From: Christensenellales bacterium
GTDB taxonomy: Bacteria > Bacillota > Clostridia > Christensenellales > SZUA-584
Reading direction: 5' to 3'
DNA: 64,000 nt
NCBI GenBank assembly: GCA_050943215.1
Contig: JBMNOU010000004.1
Coordinates: 4,363 to 68,362, forward strand
Each line of letters begins with the position of its first letter. Position 1 is the first letter of the stretch. Positions 47,272 to 58,241 of the stretch are shown here, one piece after another. The notes under the pieces were generated by a model. The model was not told where the DNA came from and ran no database searches. It was given only the letters and a program-made list of their open reading frames with translations. The position numbers were made by a program, and so were the translations under genes.

Positions 47272-47712
47272 ATGCAGACAGCACAAAGAAAAACAGAATA
47301 CCGACCAGTGGCAGTTCCCAGAAAAAGAGTTGTCAAGATGGAAGGAAATGTCGCATATATTAATAGTGGTCTCGCAGTGCAAAAACCACGGCAGTCGGTT
47401 GCCGCAATTAAAAAAGAGGCAGCCGAGGCCCGACAGACAAAGTCCGGCGTTGCATCTACGTTATTTGTCATCTTTGTTGCATTTTGCGCGATGGCCTTGC
47501 TTGTTTCAAGGTATGCGGCTATCTGTTCGATAGGGGCTAAAAATAATGCGCTTCAGAAAGACATCGAATCTGTCAAGACACAAATTGAAGAACTTCAGAT
47601 TGATATGGAACTGCGTAACAATTTTGAATGTGTTCAAAATGTAGCAAAGAATAAACTTGGGATGATATACCCCGCTGAGGATCAGAAAGTGTCTATTGAT
47701 ATTAGCGGCTGA
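47272..47712 (+). CDS. ftsL: Cell division protein FtsL-like (septum formation initiator family)
   Basis: 146 aa with a basic N-terminus, one TM (LFVIFVAFCAMALLV) and a coiled-coil tail; canonical position between rsmH and the PBP gene. Confidence 0.65.
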   Translation: MQTAQRKTEYRPVAVPRKRVVKMEGNVAYINSGLAVQKPRQSVAAIKKEAAEARQTKSGVASTLFVIFVAFCAMALLVSRYAAICSIGAKNNALQKDIESVKTQIEELQIDMELRNNFECVQNVAKNKLGMIYPAEDQKVSIDISG

Positions 47713-47738
47713 TTGCCGGAAAAGCTGACAACTGTTGT

Positions 47739-49880
47739 ATGGCTCGGAAGGAGGATGGCAGGGTGTCGTTGCCAACTCTCAAATCAAAAAAAAGGTTACT
47801 TTTTTTAATGGCCGCGATCATCATTTTGTTGTTCGGGCTGTCTTTGAAAATGGGGGTTATCGTTTTTATTCAGGGCAAAGATTTGCAGGAAAAGGCGTTG
47901 GTCCAGCAAACGCGGGATTTAATTGTTTCAGCAAAAAGAGGAAATATACTCGACAGAAACAAAAACGTACTTGCCCAGAGCGCAACCGCGCAGACCGTTG
48001 TCTTAAGGCCGTCGGAAATTAACAAAGGGAATGTGGACGGTATCGTTATAGCACTTTCTCAAACACTTGGTTTAGATGAAGAAAAGGTGCGTGGAAAGGC
48101 TACCGATAAAACAAAGTCTGAGGTATGGCTCGCAAGACAGATTCCGAACGATACGGCGGATGAGCTAAGGAAACTCAATCTCCCAGGCGTATATTTTACC
48201 ATTGATGTCAAACGATATTATCCGAACAGTTCTTTTTTGACTCAGACGCTTGGTATAACGACAATCGATGGCGTTGGTCAAGAGGGCATTGAAGCCTATT
48301 TTGACAAATATCTTTCGGGACAGAACGGAAAGATTATCTCTGAAACGGACAATAAGGGGCGCGCGATACCTCTTGGGGAACAAGAATTCATCGAGGCTAT
48401 AGATGGTTACAACGTTGTACTGACGGTGGACGAGGTGATACAGAGCTTTCTTGAGCAGGCGCTTGATGAAGCATATGTTCAGCAAAACGCACTTAGCGCT
48501 TACGGCATCGCAATGGATCCCCATACGGGGGAGATCCTTGCAATTGCCAATATTCCGGACTACGACCTTAATAATCCGCCCCGGGACGATATTCCGCTTT
48601 TGATCGAACTGACACGGAACAAGGTCATTACCGACGTTTACGAACCGGGATCAACATTTAAAGCCGTTACGTGCGCGGCGGCGCTCGACAGCGGTGCGAT
48701 TACCGTCGGAACCACATTTAATTGTCCGGGCTTTTCGATTGTCGATGGCCAGATGGTTAAATGCTGGCGGTATCCGAGAACTCATGGGCACCAGACGCTG
48801 CACAAGGCTGTTCAGAATTCCTGCAACGTTGCTTTTATGCGGATGGGCTTCGAAATGGGGACTCAGACGTTTTACGATTATATATACAAATTCGGTTTCG
48901 GACAGAAAACGGGTATCACATTCCCTTCCGACCAGGGCGGAATCGTCATGCCGGAAAAATATGTAAAAGATGGTGACCTCGCCCGCATTGCGTTCGGGCA
49001 ATCGATAGCCGTAACGCCACTGCAACTGATCTCCTCATTCAGTGCAGTGGTGAACGGCGGTTTTTTATATGAGCCGACAATTGTCAAAAACATAGAGGAC
49101 GGAGAAGGCACCGTTATCAAACAATTTGCCCCGGTTGTCGTATCCCAGCCGATCAGCGGTGAGACGTCGGCTACTATGCGTGATATACTAGAAAGCGTCG
49201 TAAGCGAAGGCAGCGGAAAGAATTGCTACATACCCGGATATAGGGTTGGGGGGAAAACGGGCACCGCGCAGAAATATGATGAAAACCATCAGGTGATGAC
49301 TGGGAAGCATATTGCATCGTTTATTGGTTTTGCGCCGGCTGATGATCCTAAGATTGTCGTGCTGATCGTTATTGACGAACCGAACGTTGCAGTGGATTTC
49401 GGCAGCGTTGTAGCGGCGCCATATGTAAAAAACGTGCTTTTTAATTCGCTTCAATATATGGGTGTTGCGCCGGATTATGACCAGGTGGCAAAACCTAGGC
49501 AGGTAGTCGTTCCGGATGTGGCGGGGATGGAAAAGGCCGAGGCAGCAGCCGCGCTCGAACAAGTAAATCTTGAGTATCTGCTGGACGGAACGGGAAACGT
49601 GATAGAACAGATGCCCGCCCCAGAGACCCAGGTGGATGAAGGAACGACGGTGCTGCTATATATGCAGAATAAAAGTGCTGCAGTAGATATGGAAGGCAAG
49701 GTAGTCGTTCCCGATCTTAAAGGCATGAGCGTGATGGATGCCGCAAAGGCTTTGGATAACTGCAAGCTGCAGCTTGGCATTCACGGCAAAGGAATTGCAT
49801 CGTACCAAAATCCGGGTGCCGGGGAGATTATCAAAGAAGGCAGCACAGTTATGGTTGAATTCAGCGAACCGGCCGGTTAA
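47739..49880 (+). CDS. Class B penicillin-binding protein with two C-terminal PASTA domains (FtsI/SpoVD type)
   Basis: N-terminal TM and PBP dimerisation domain. Transpeptidase motifs STFK, SCN and KTGTA, then two PASTA repeats (VVVPDVAGMEKAEA, VVVPDLKGMSVMDA). A GTG at 47763 behind AAGGAGG is an alternative start. Confidence 0.9.
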   Translation: MARKEDGRVSLPTLKSKKRLLFLMAAIIILLFGLSLKMGVIVFIQGKDLQEKALVQQTRDLIVSAKRGNILDRNKNVLAQSATAQTVVLRPSEINKGNVDGIVIALSQTLGLDEEKVRGKATDKTKSEVWLARQIPNDTADELRKLNLPGVYFTIDVKRYYPNSSFLTQTLGITTIDGVGQEGIEAYFDKYLSGQNGKIISETDNKGRAIPLGEQEFIEAIDGYNVVLTVDEVIQSFLEQALDEAYVQQNALSAYGIAMDPHTGEILAIANIPDYDLNNPPRDDIPLLIELTRNKVITDVYEPGSTFKAVTCAAALDSGAITVGTTFNCPGFSIVDGQMVKCWRYPRTHGHQTLHKAVQNSCNVAFMRMGFEMGTQTFYDYIYKFGFGQKTGITFPSDQGGIVMPEKYVKDGDLARIAFGQSIAVTPLQLISSFSAVVNGGFLYEPTIVKNIEDGEGTVIKQFAPVVVSQPISGETSATMRDILESVVSEGSGKNCYIPGYRVGGKTGTAQKYDENHQVMTGKHIASFIGFAPADDPKIVVLIVIDEPNVAVDFGSVVAAPYVKNVLFNSLQYMGVAPDYDQVAKPRQVVVPDVAGMEKAEAAAALEQVNLEYLLDGTGNVIEQMPAPETQVDEGTTVLLYMQNKSAAVDMEGKVVVPDLKGMSVMDAAKALDNCKLQLGIHGKGIASYQNPGAGEIIKEGSTVMVEFSEPAG

Positions 49881-49951
49881 AGGTTTTGCGTTACAATCTG
49901 CCTTTGTTGTGGTATAATCCAGCAGAGAGTTTTCATTTGGGAGGAAAAAGA

Positions 49952-51394
49952 TTGAAACTGGCGGATTTATGCTGCGCGGGAATGCACATTATCGGCAACG
50001 CCCAAACGGATATAAAAAGCATCGAATATGATTCAAGAAAAGTGAGCGAAGGGGCGCTCTTTTTCTGCATTAGCGGATATAAAACAGACGGGCACAACTA
50101 TGCGCAAAATGCGGTGGAAGCAGGCGCGGCGGCGCTGATGGTAACCCGAAAGCTCGATATCAATGTGCCGCAAATACTGGTGGATGATGCGCGGATGGCA
50201 ATGGCGCACATTTCGAGGGAATTTTACGGCCGGCCGGACGAAACGCTTAAGATGATAGGCATTACGGGAACGAACGGAAAGACGACGACCACATATATGA
50301 TTAAATCCGTACTCGAATGTACGGGCAAGAAAACAGGGTTAATCGGTACGATTATCAACATGATCGGCGATAGGGAGCTTCACGCTGAGAGGACGACTCC
50401 CGAGTCACCCGATCTGTTTGCGTTACTTCGGCGTATGGCAGACGATGGCTGCAAAGCGGCCGTTATGGAAGTATCGTCCCATTCTCTTGAGCTCGGGCGT
50501 ACAAGCGGAATCACTTTTGACGTATCGGTATTTACGAACTTAACTCAGGATCACCTCGATTTCCATCAAACGTTTGAAAATTATTTGAATGCAAAGAAAA
50601 AGCTGTTCTGCGCATCAAAACAGGCGGCAGTTAATATTGACGATAACGCCGCGGCTGATATTATGGCTGTTGATATAGACTGGAGAACCTTTGGCATAAA
50701 GGAAAAGGCAGATGTTTATGCGAGAAACATTGAGATCACGCCAAAAGGCGTTACTTATGATCTGTGCTGCCAGGGGGCAATGCTGCCACTGCACCTTAGA
50801 ATTCCCGGCATCTTCAGCGTATATAATTCACTTGCGGCGGCAACTGCGTGCCTCATATTGGGAGAAGGTCTAGAAGCGATCAAAAAGGGTCTAGAGGCAA
50901 TGCCCAGCGTTGCCGGACGGTTCGAGGTGCTGGATACGGGCAGCCGGCCTTTTACTATCATACTTGACTATGCTCATACGCCGGACAGCCTTCAAAACAC
51001 TCTGATGACCGTCAAATCGTTTGCGAGAGGGCGCATCATCCCAGTGTTCGGATGCGGTGGCGACAGAGACAGGGGCAAAAGGCCGATCATGGGGGAGATA
51101 GCAGGACGTTTATCATCATTCGCGGTCATCACTTCGGATAACCCGAGAACGGAAGACCCGTTTGAAATTATCCGGTCCGTTGAAAGCGGAATGAAGAAAA
51201 CGGACTGCCCATATATCTGCATCGAGAATAGAAGGGCAGCAATCAAATACGCGATTGACAATGCGCAATCTGAAGATATCATTGTCCTTGCGGGAAAAGG
51301 CCATGAAACGTACCAGGAAATAGGCAATGTCAAATATCCGTTTGATGAAAAAAAAGTTGTTAAAGAACTGCTCTACGAAGTAACAAAAGAATAA
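49952..51394 (+). CDS. murE: UDP-N-acetylmuramoyl-L-alanyl-D-glutamate--2,6-diaminopimelate ligase
   Basis: GITGTNGKTTT P-loop and a DNPR motif (ITSDNPRTEDP), which is typical of meso-DAP-adding MurE. Start set at the TTG at 49952 behind GGGAGG. Confidence 0.9.
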   Translation: MKLADLCCAGMHIIGNAQTDIKSIEYDSRKVSEGALFFCISGYKTDGHNYAQNAVEAGAAALMVTRKLDINVPQILVDDARMAMAHISREFYGRPDETLKMIGITGTNGKTTTTYMIKSVLECTGKKTGLIGTIINMIGDRELHAERTTPESPDLFALLRRMADDGCKAAVMEVSSHSLELGRTSGITFDVSVFTNLTQDHLDFHQTFENYLNAKKKLFCASKQAAVNIDDNAAADIMAVDIDWRTFGIKEKADVYARNIEITPKGVTYDLCCQGAMLPLHLRIPGIFSVYNSLAAATACLILGEGLEAIKKGLEAMPSVAGRFEVLDTGSRPFTIILDYAHTPDSLQNTLMTVKSFARGRIIPVFGCGGDRDRGKRPIMGEIAGRLSSFAVITSDNPRTEDPFEIIRSVESGMKKTDCPYICIENRRAAIKYAIDNAQSEDIIVLAGKGHETYQEIGNVKYPFDEKKVVKELLYEVTKE

Positions 51395-51420
51395 TATTAT
51401 ATACGGGAGAAAACGATCGT

Positions 51421-52419
51421 ATGGACGTAATGATTTATGCGGTGCTGGCGTCGTTTGTCATCGCATTGGCGGCGGGTTATGTGGGGGTGCCGCTTTTAAA
51501 AAGGCTGAAGTTTGGTCAGCAGGTTAGGGATGATGGGCCAAAAACCCATTTGTCCAAGGCGGGAACGCCCACTATGGGCGGTATCATCATTCTGGTCGCC
51601 CTTATCGCTACCACGCTGATATTCGTAAGAGGCAACTATGAGTATGTTTGGCTATCTCTTGGTGTAACGGTCGGTTTCGGCTTGATTGGATTGATGGATG
51701 ATTTAATCATCGTCGTCAAAAAACGCTCTCTTGGTTTAAGACCGTATCAGAAAATTATCGGACAGATCGGTATAGCATGCATTGTTGCATTTTTTGCATA
51801 TAAAAACCCGGCCATAGGTTCAATGCTTGTTGTTCCGTTTTTTGGTGTGATTTTGGATCTTGGCGTATGGTATATACCGTTTACCGTAGTTGCCGTTGTG
51901 CTTATTGTCAACAGCGTTAACCTGGCGGACGGGCTTGACGGGCTGGCTTCGGGTGTGATGCTGATCAATTTAGCGACGTATACAATCATTTTTTTCGGCA
52001 TGTTTCAGCTGCTTACAGCAAGCGGCCAGTCTCTTTTGGCATCTAACATCAGCAATATGATGATATTTACCGCCGCACTCACCGGCGCCTGCCTTGGGTT
52101 TTTGCGTTTTAACACGTATCCCGCCAAGATATTTATGGGGGATACGGGAGCGTTTGCACTAGGGGGCGCATTGTCCGTGATCGTCGTTGTGTCAAGGCTG
52201 CAACTGCTGTTAATCATCACCGGACTGATGTTTCTTTTGACTTCCATATCCGTTATCCTGCAGGTCGGGTCGTATAAACTGCGGAAAAAACGGATCTTTA
52301 AAATGGCGCCTTTACACCACCATTTTGAACTGAAGGGTATTCCGGAAACTAAAATCGTTGCCTTCTATATACTGATTACGATTGTACTGTGCCTTGTGGG
52401 CATTCTGGCCGTTAATTAG
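51421..52419 (+). CDS. mraY: Phospho-N-acetylmuramoyl-pentapeptide transferase
   Basis: 10-TM protein with NLADGLDGLA and MGDTGA motifs. Confidence 0.9.
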   Translation: MDVMIYAVLASFVIALAAGYVGVPLLKRLKFGQQVRDDGPKTHLSKAGTPTMGGIIILVALIATTLIFVRGNYEYVWLSLGVTVGFGLIGLMDDLIIVVKKRSLGLRPYQKIIGQIGIACIVAFFAYKNPAIGSMLVVPFFGVILDLGVWYIPFTVVAVVLIVNSVNLADGLDGLASGVMLINLATYTIIFFGMFQLLTASGQSLLASNISNMMIFTAALTGACLGFLRFNTYPAKIFMGDTGAFALGGALSVIVVVSRLQLLLIITGLMFLLTSISVILQVGSYKLRKKRIFKMAPLHHHFELKGIPETKIVAFYILITIVLCLVGILAVN

Positions 52420-52430
52420 AGAGGTTGAAT

Positions 52431-53777
52431 ATGAAAGACAAAAGAGTCATGGTTGTGGGCATGGCAAAAAGCGGCATCGCAAGCGCAAGGCTGCTGATCG
52501 AAAAGGGTGCAAAGCCCGTGCTGTATGACGCAAAAGACATTGATGCTTTTCCGGCACATACGTTTGATGAATTTGCGGGCAAGGCGGCCTTCGCATTCGG
52601 CTCTGACCCAAAGACGGTGGCGAAAAACGCGGACGTGCTGGTTTTAAGCCCGGGAGTACCTACCGATCTTGAATTTATCGCCGAGGCTCGGCGCAGCGGA
52701 AAAAAAATCATTGGCGAGATAGAGCTTGGTTTTTTATACTCGAACGCAGAGTTTGTCGCAATCACCGGAACGAATGGCAAGACCACAACAACGGCTCTTA
52801 CCGGAGAGGTTTTTTTGAACGCAGGATTTTATACATATGTCCTTGGAAATATAGGCATTCCTATCACAGAAGAAGCGGTAAAGACAAAAAAAGGCGATAT
52901 TATCGTAGCGGAGACAGCAGCGCTGCAGCTAGAAACGATAGACTCGTTTGTGCCGCGCGCATGTGCGGTGCTCAACATCACTGAGGATCATCTCAACCGG
53001 TATGGTACGATGGAAAACTACACCGCAGCGAAAGAGCGAGTGTTTGAGAATCAGACGGAAAAGGATTTTTGCGTGCTGAATTATGATAATAATATTACGC
53101 GGCTGATGGCAAGAAAACAGAAGTCAAAAATTATTTGGTTTTCTCGTAAAGTTGAGCTTGATTTTGGCGTATTTATAAAAGAGGGAGATATAATAAGCCG
53201 CGAAGAGGACGGGGATTATATCATATGCCGGGCGGATGAAGTGGCAATTCCGGGTGCGCATAATCTTGAAAACGCTCTTGCCGCCGCCGCACTTGCCCGG
53301 TGTTACAAAATCAGTAAAGACGTGATACGAAAAACGTTTATTGCGTTTCCGGGCGTTGAGCACCGGATAGAGTTCGTACGCGAAACCGGCGGCGTCAGAT
53401 ATATCAATGACTCAAAGGGAACGAACCCCGATGCTACTGAGAAAGCAGTGGCGGCTATGACACGGCCGACGGTGATCATACTAGGCGGATCTGATAAGAA
53501 CAATAGTTTTGTGTCTCTCATCAAAGGGTTCAAAGATAATATCAAAGCGGCCGTCGTAATTGGGGATACGAAGCAAAAGATTATTAACGACGCAAAAGAG
53601 GCTGGTTTTAGCCCGATTTATACTGCAGATAGTTTTTTAGACGCGGTATTAAAATCAAAAGAAATCGCGCGGGAGGGTTGGAACGTTCTGTTGTCTCCGG
53701 CGTGCGCAAGCTACGATATGTTTGAAGATTACGAGCAGAGGGGGAGAGTATTTAAAGAGATTGTCAATTCGCTATAG
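52431..53777 (+). CDS. murD: UDP-N-acetylmuramoylalanine--D-glutamate ligase
   Basis: N-terminal Rossmann motif VVGMAKSG and ITGTNGKTTT. The ATG at 52431 behind AGAGAGG is preferred over the TTG at 52425. Confidence 0.9.
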   Translation: MKDKRVMVVGMAKSGIASARLLIEKGAKPVLYDAKDIDAFPAHTFDEFAGKAAFAFGSDPKTVAKNADVLVLSPGVPTDLEFIAEARRSGKKIIGEIELGFLYSNAEFVAITGTNGKTTTTALTGEVFLNAGFYTYVLGNIGIPITEEAVKTKKGDIIVAETAALQLETIDSFVPRACAVLNITEDHLNRYGTMENYTAAKERVFENQTEKDFCVLNYDNNITRLMARKQKSKIIWFSRKVELDFGVFIKEGDIISREEDGDYIICRADEVAIPGAHNLENALAAAALARCYKISKDVIRKTFIAFPGVEHRIEFVRETGGVRYINDSKGTNPDATEKAVAAMTRPTVIILGGSDKNNSFVSLIKGFKDNIKAAVVIGDTKQKIINDAKEAGFSPIYTADSFLDAVLKSKEIAREGWNVLLSPACASYDMFEDYEQRGRVFKEIVNSL

Positions 53778-53786
53778 GGGGATATT

Positions 53787-54902
53787 ATGGCCAAGCGCTC
53801 TTTTGACTATTCGCTGCTTATCATTACAATTATACTCGTGCTGTTCGGTATCGTGATGGTATTTAGCGCTAGCTTCTATTACGCGGAACACAGTGCGAAC
53901 ACGGGCTATAACGGATACTATTATTTTTGGAAACAAGTCTCCGGCGCTGGTCTGGGAATCGTCGCGATGGTTACGCTGATGCTTTTTGATTACAATAAAC
54001 TTAAAAAGCTCCGGTTCTGGATACTCGGCGCCGGTCTTTTGTTGATGGTACTCGTGTTTGTGCCGGGTATCGGCATCAAAGTCAACGGATCGAGCCGGTG
54101 GGTCAATTTATATATACTTGATTTACAGTCAGTTGAAGTCTTAAAATTCGCAATCATCGTTTTTATGGCGGGGGGGATATCAAACAGCGCCGAAAAAATG
54201 CATACGTTTAGGTATGGTATGCTTCCGTATCTTGTGCTGTTGGCAATATCGGGGTTGCTGCTGTATCTGCAGCCGAATTTCAGCGCTGTGGTCACGTTGG
54301 CGTTGATGATGTTTGTGATGATGCTGGTGGGCGGTGCCAATCTCTTTCATTTTGGAGCGATCGGGCTGGGCGGACTCGGAGTGGGCGCGCTGGCCATGGT
54401 GGCTACAGAAGATGCGGGTTACCGCGTCGATAGGATACTTGCGTTTCTCGACCCATGGGCGTATTCCTCCGACCAGAGCTATCAGCTGGTCCAATCGCTG
54501 TATTCAATCGGTTCAGGTGGGCTTTTTGGTCTCGGTCTAGGCAACTCAAGGCAGAAATTCTTGTTCCTGCCTTACAGTGAATCTGACTGCATCTTTGCTA
54601 TCGTCGTAGAGGAACTCGGGTTTGTCGGCGGTATTCTTTTAATAGCGGTATTTGCAATATTTATCTGGCGCGGTGTCAGGATTGCTCTGCGTGCGCCTAA
54701 TACTTTCGGTATGATGCTTGCAACGGGGATAACAGCTGTAATCGCCATACAGGTTTTTATCAACATAGGCGTCGTTACCGGATGTGTGCCGCCCACCGGA
54801 GTAGCACTTCCGTTTATCAGTGCAGGCAGAACGCAGCTAATTATGTTTATGGCTTCGGTTGGTGTACTGCTCAATATATCAAGGCAGAGCCGCGCGGCCT
54901 AG
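53787..54902 (+). CDS. ftsW: SEDS-family peptidoglycan glycosyltransferase (FtsW/SpoVE)
   Basis: 10-TM SEDS architecture; canonical position after murD. Confidence 0.85.
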   Translation: MAKRSFDYSLLIITIILVLFGIVMVFSASFYYAEHSANTGYNGYYYFWKQVSGAGLGIVAMVTLMLFDYNKLKKLRFWILGAGLLLMVLVFVPGIGIKVNGSSRWVNLYILDLQSVEVLKFAIIVFMAGGISNSAEKMHTFRYGMLPYLVLLAISGLLLYLQPNFSAVVTLALMMFVMMLVGGANLFHFGAIGLGGLGVGALAMVATEDAGYRVDRILAFLDPWAYSSDQSYQLVQSLYSIGSGGLFGLGLGNSRQKFLFLPYSESDCIFAIVVEELGFVGGILLIAVFAIFIWRGVRIALRAPNTFGMMLATGITAVIAIQVFINIGVVTGCVPPTGVALPFISAGRTQLIMFMASVGVLLNISRQSRAA

Positions 54903-54964
54903 CGCACACCTTAGTATCACCTGCATAAGATATTAATATGTGATATATATGCGGGGGGGCCAAT

Positions 54965-56218
54965 ATGGCAAAATTGATAATAAACGGTGGTGCAAAGCTT
55001 GAGGGGGAGCTGAGCATTCAGGGCGCAAAAAATGCGGCGCTTCCTGTATTTGCAGCCGCATTACTTACAGAAGAACCGGTAATCATATATAATTGGCCGG
55101 CGATATCAGATGTTTACAATATGTTATCAATATTGGAGCATATCGGTGCGTATGTCTCATACGAAAAAGATAAACTGATAATCGATACCCGCCACGCACT
55201 GCTGTGGGAGATGCCTGACAGGCTAGCAAAGGAGATACGTTCATCTATATTCATGATGGGGCCGATACTGGCGCGTTTCAGGATGGCCAGGTTTACCTAT
55301 CCCGGCGGATGTGAAATTGGTACCAGACCCATCGATCTGCATCTAAGGGGGTTAAAAAATCTTGGCGTTAACGTGACCGAGGCCGGCGGTCATATCATGT
55401 GCGAAGGCAAACGGCTCAAAGGCGGGGATGTACATCTTGATTACCCGAGCGTGGGCGCAACGGAAAACCTGATGATGGCAGCCGCGTTGGCACCCGGAAA
55501 TACAGTGATCAGAAATGCCGCGAGAGAGCCGGAAATTCTAGAGCTGCAGGAAGTGCTAAACCAGATGGGCGGTGCTGTTAAAGGCGCTGGTACAAGCAAT
55601 ATTTATATTGAAGGCAAAAGCAGGTTGGGTGGCTTTACTTATACGTGTATACCGGATAGAATTGTTGCAGGCACTTTAATGGTTGCGGCTGTTGTGACAA
55701 ATGGCAATGTCACGTTAAAGAATGTTATACCCGAGCATGTTTTTGCGATCACCGCAAAACTTAGGGAAGCTGGGGCGCAGATAAAAATTTATAACGATGT
55801 GATAACGGTGATCGGACAGGGGAGGCCAAAAGAAATGCATTTGATTGAGACGGGTCCGTATCCTGGGTTTCCAACGGACATGCAGGCGCAGATGTGTACA
55901 GCTGCAAGCATCTCAAAAGGCACAAGCATCATTGTCGAAAGCGTATTTGACAACCGTTTCAAACATGTGGGAGAGCTGCTGCGGATGGGTGCAAACGTCG
56001 TAATAAAAAACAACGTGGCGGTGATCAAGGGCGTCGAGAAGCTGCACGGCGCGGAGGTGACTGCAATGGACCTGCGGGGCGGTGCGGCGCTGGTGCTTGC
56101 GGGACTTTGTGCCGACGGAACAACAACTGTCGACCAGGTAAAGATTATTGACAGAGGATATGAGACATTTGAATCCGAACTAAACTGCCTTGGCGCGGAT
56201 ATTAGGAGGGAGGAGTAA
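54965..56218 (+). CDS. murA: UDP-N-acetylglucosamine 1-carboxyvinyltransferase
   Basis: Full-length MurA with the active-site loop YPGGCEIGTRPIDLH, including the catalytic Cys. Confidence 0.9.
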   Translation: MAKLIINGGAKLEGELSIQGAKNAALPVFAAALLTEEPVIIYNWPAISDVYNMLSILEHIGAYVSYEKDKLIIDTRHALLWEMPDRLAKEIRSSIFMMGPILARFRMARFTYPGGCEIGTRPIDLHLRGLKNLGVNVTEAGGHIMCEGKRLKGGDVHLDYPSVGATENLMMAAALAPGNTVIRNAAREPEILELQEVLNQMGGAVKGAGTSNIYIEGKSRLGGFTYTCIPDRIVAGTLMVAAVVTNGNVTLKNVIPEHVFAITAKLREAGAQIKIYNDVITVIGQGRPKEMHLIETGPYPGFPTDMQAQMCTAASISKGTSIIVESVFDNRFKHVGELLRMGANVVIKNNVAVIKGVEKLHGAEVTAMDLRGGAALVLAGLCADGTTTVDQVKIIDRGYETFESELNCLGADIRREE

Positions 56219-56222
56219 ACGT

Positions 56223-56936
56223 TTGAGCAAAGGCAGGAGAGCGCTGAAAATTGTGTCTTTCGTGGTGCTTTTTTGTGTGCTTGCTTTCGTGGCATATCAG
56301 TTGTTTCAGATAAGGAGGATCACGGTTAACGGATGCGAAACGCTCAAAGAAGAAAATATCATCTCGTTAACCGGGCTAGAATACGGGCAGAGCATTTTTA
56401 CCGTTGATACGCAGCAGATTATGGAAACGATGGACACAGAGCCTAATATCAAGCCGGTTAGCGTCAATATCGAATATCCGGATGGCATCGTGATCACGAT
56501 TAAGCAGAGAAAAGAAGCAGCCTGCATAAAAAAAGAAAATGCGCTGCTCATCATTGATGACGAATGTTACCTGTTAAAAGTGCTGATGCAGCCAGACGTA
56601 GTGCCGTATCCGTTAGTGCATGGATTGCAGGCAGATGCGTTTAAGGTTGGTGAAAGAGTTGGCGTTAAAGACATATACCAGCTTGATGTGTTGTCAAGCG
56701 TGCTGGTTGAGGCAAAAAATAGCGGTATCAGCCTTTTGAGTATTGATGTATCGCTGGCCGCAAATGTTGTGCTTGAAACAAAAGATGGATATACGGTGGA
56801 GATCGGAGACGATACCCGGCTTTCAAATAAATTTTCGTTAGTGAAGTCTGTAATAAAGAAAATTAAAGAAATGGGAAAGACGGAAGGCATTCTTAACGTC
56901 GCTTCTGCAGCAAACGTATATTACCGCGAAAATTGA
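56223..56936 (+). CDS. ftsQ: Cell division protein FtsQ/DivIB (POTRA domain)
   Basis: TTG start at 56223 behind GGAGGAG. One TM (IVSFVVLFCVLAFVAY) and a POTRA-like segment (IRRITVNGCETLKEENI). Confidence 0.75.
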   Translation: MSKGRRALKIVSFVVLFCVLAFVAYQLFQIRRITVNGCETLKEENIISLTGLEYGQSIFTVDTQQIMETMDTEPNIKPVSVNIEYPDGIVITIKQRKEAACIKKENALLIIDDECYLLKVLMQPDVVPYPLVHGLQADAFKVGERVGVKDIYQLDVLSSVLVEAKNSGISLLSIDVSLAANVVLETKDGYTVEIGDDTRLSNKFSLVKSVIKKIKEMGKTEGILNVASAANVYYREN

Positions 56937-57035
56937 TCTAAATGTATTGTTATTTTCTGCAAACATGTTATTATTAATATCGGGGTTTTGTATGCTGTTA
57001 TTTGTTATTACATTTTGAGGGGATTTTTGTCATCT

Positions 57036-58217
57036 ATGAGGAATGTTACGGCTGCTATTGAGTTTGGCACGTCCAAAATTATTTGTATAATCGGACGGAC
57101 AAAATCGGTAGGGCGGTTTGAGGTATTAGGAACGGGCGTTGCAAAATATGAAGGTATCAAGAACGGCCGGTGGCAAACACCGGCGAATGTAGAGAATGCT
57201 GTAGCAAAAGCATTGGATCTTGCGGAGAGAAAAGCAAGGAAACATGTCAAGGAAGCGTATATTGGTGTTCCCGGCGTGTTTAGTAAAGTAGTATGTCAGG
57301 ATGGACACGCTACAGTAAAGGGAGGGCGTGTAACAAGTAAGGATATTGAAAGCCTGATAGATGATGCGGGACGTTTTTATAACGATCCAAGATTTACTGT
57401 AGTTGCCGGTATGCCTATATATTTTCTGATTGGAGACCAAAATCATTACATCGATGTAATCGGCAGTGAAGCAGATGAACTTTCGGGCAAGGTGTCTTTT
57501 ATACTGGTGAGGAATCAATATCTTGAAGTCATCTCAAAAATCATGCAGGGACTTAGCGTTGCCGTCAAGGCATACATCCCCGAGGTTTTGGCAGAGAGCC
57601 TGTTTTTAGTGCCACCCGAGGAACGGGATGCAAGCGCAGTGCTCCTTAACATCGGCTATTATGATACAAACGTCACTGTTGTGTACGGAGACGCAATTGT
57701 ATATAATAAGACAATACATGCCGGGGGGATGCATATCGCGAACGATCTATCTATCGTTATGAATATCGATGTGGATATGGCAGAGCAGTTAAAGAAACAA
57801 TATTCGTTCGGTCTTGAAAATGCGGGCGCCAAGTTATATGATTATGCTAAATTAAAAACAGGCAGGGTGGAGAGATTCTGTCACTCTATTGTTTCAGATG
57901 TTATCGACGCAAGGGTTGAGCATCTTTGCAAGCTGATATCGGGCGCTTTCCAGGAAAGTCCGCTGAAAATCGCAAGAAGGACACGCATTTTTCTTTCGGG
58001 AGGCGGGCTATCGATAATGAAAGGTGCAAGGGACATATTAGAGAACCAGCTTAAAAGGCAAGTACGCCTCTCCCGGATTGATGCGCCGCAGCTCTCCACA
58101 CCAAATTACTATGTTGCGCTTGCTTTGCTGGATTATGTTTTTGAGAGCGATTATTTTGATGAAGGTTACGGCGGCAAGTCGATATTTAAACGGTTATCAG
58201 ATAAAATGTACGAATGA
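57036..58217 (+). CDS. ftsA: Cell division protein FtsA
   Basis: Actin-like ATPase fold (AAIEFGTSKIICIIG, LLNIGYYDTNV, FLSGGG); position directly upstream of ftsZ. Start at the ATG at 57036. Confidence 0.8.
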   Translation: MRNVTAAIEFGTSKIICIIGRTKSVGRFEVLGTGVAKYEGIKNGRWQTPANVENAVAKALDLAERKARKHVKEAYIGVPGVFSKVVCQDGHATVKGGRVTSKDIESLIDDAGRFYNDPRFTVVAGMPIYFLIGDQNHYIDVIGSEADELSGKVSFILVRNQYLEVISKIMQGLSVAVKAYIPEVLAESLFLVPPEERDASAVLLNIGYYDTNVTVVYGDAIVYNKTIHAGGMHIANDLSIVMNIDVDMAEQLKKQYSFGLENAGAKLYDYAKLKTGRVERFCHSIVSDVIDARVEHLCKLISGAFQESPLKIARRTRIFLSGGGLSIMKGARDILENQLKRQVRLSRIDAPQLSTPNYYVALALLDYVFESDYFDEGYGGKSIFKRLSDKMYE

Positions 58218-58241
58218 TAACCATAATTAAGGGGGGTTAAC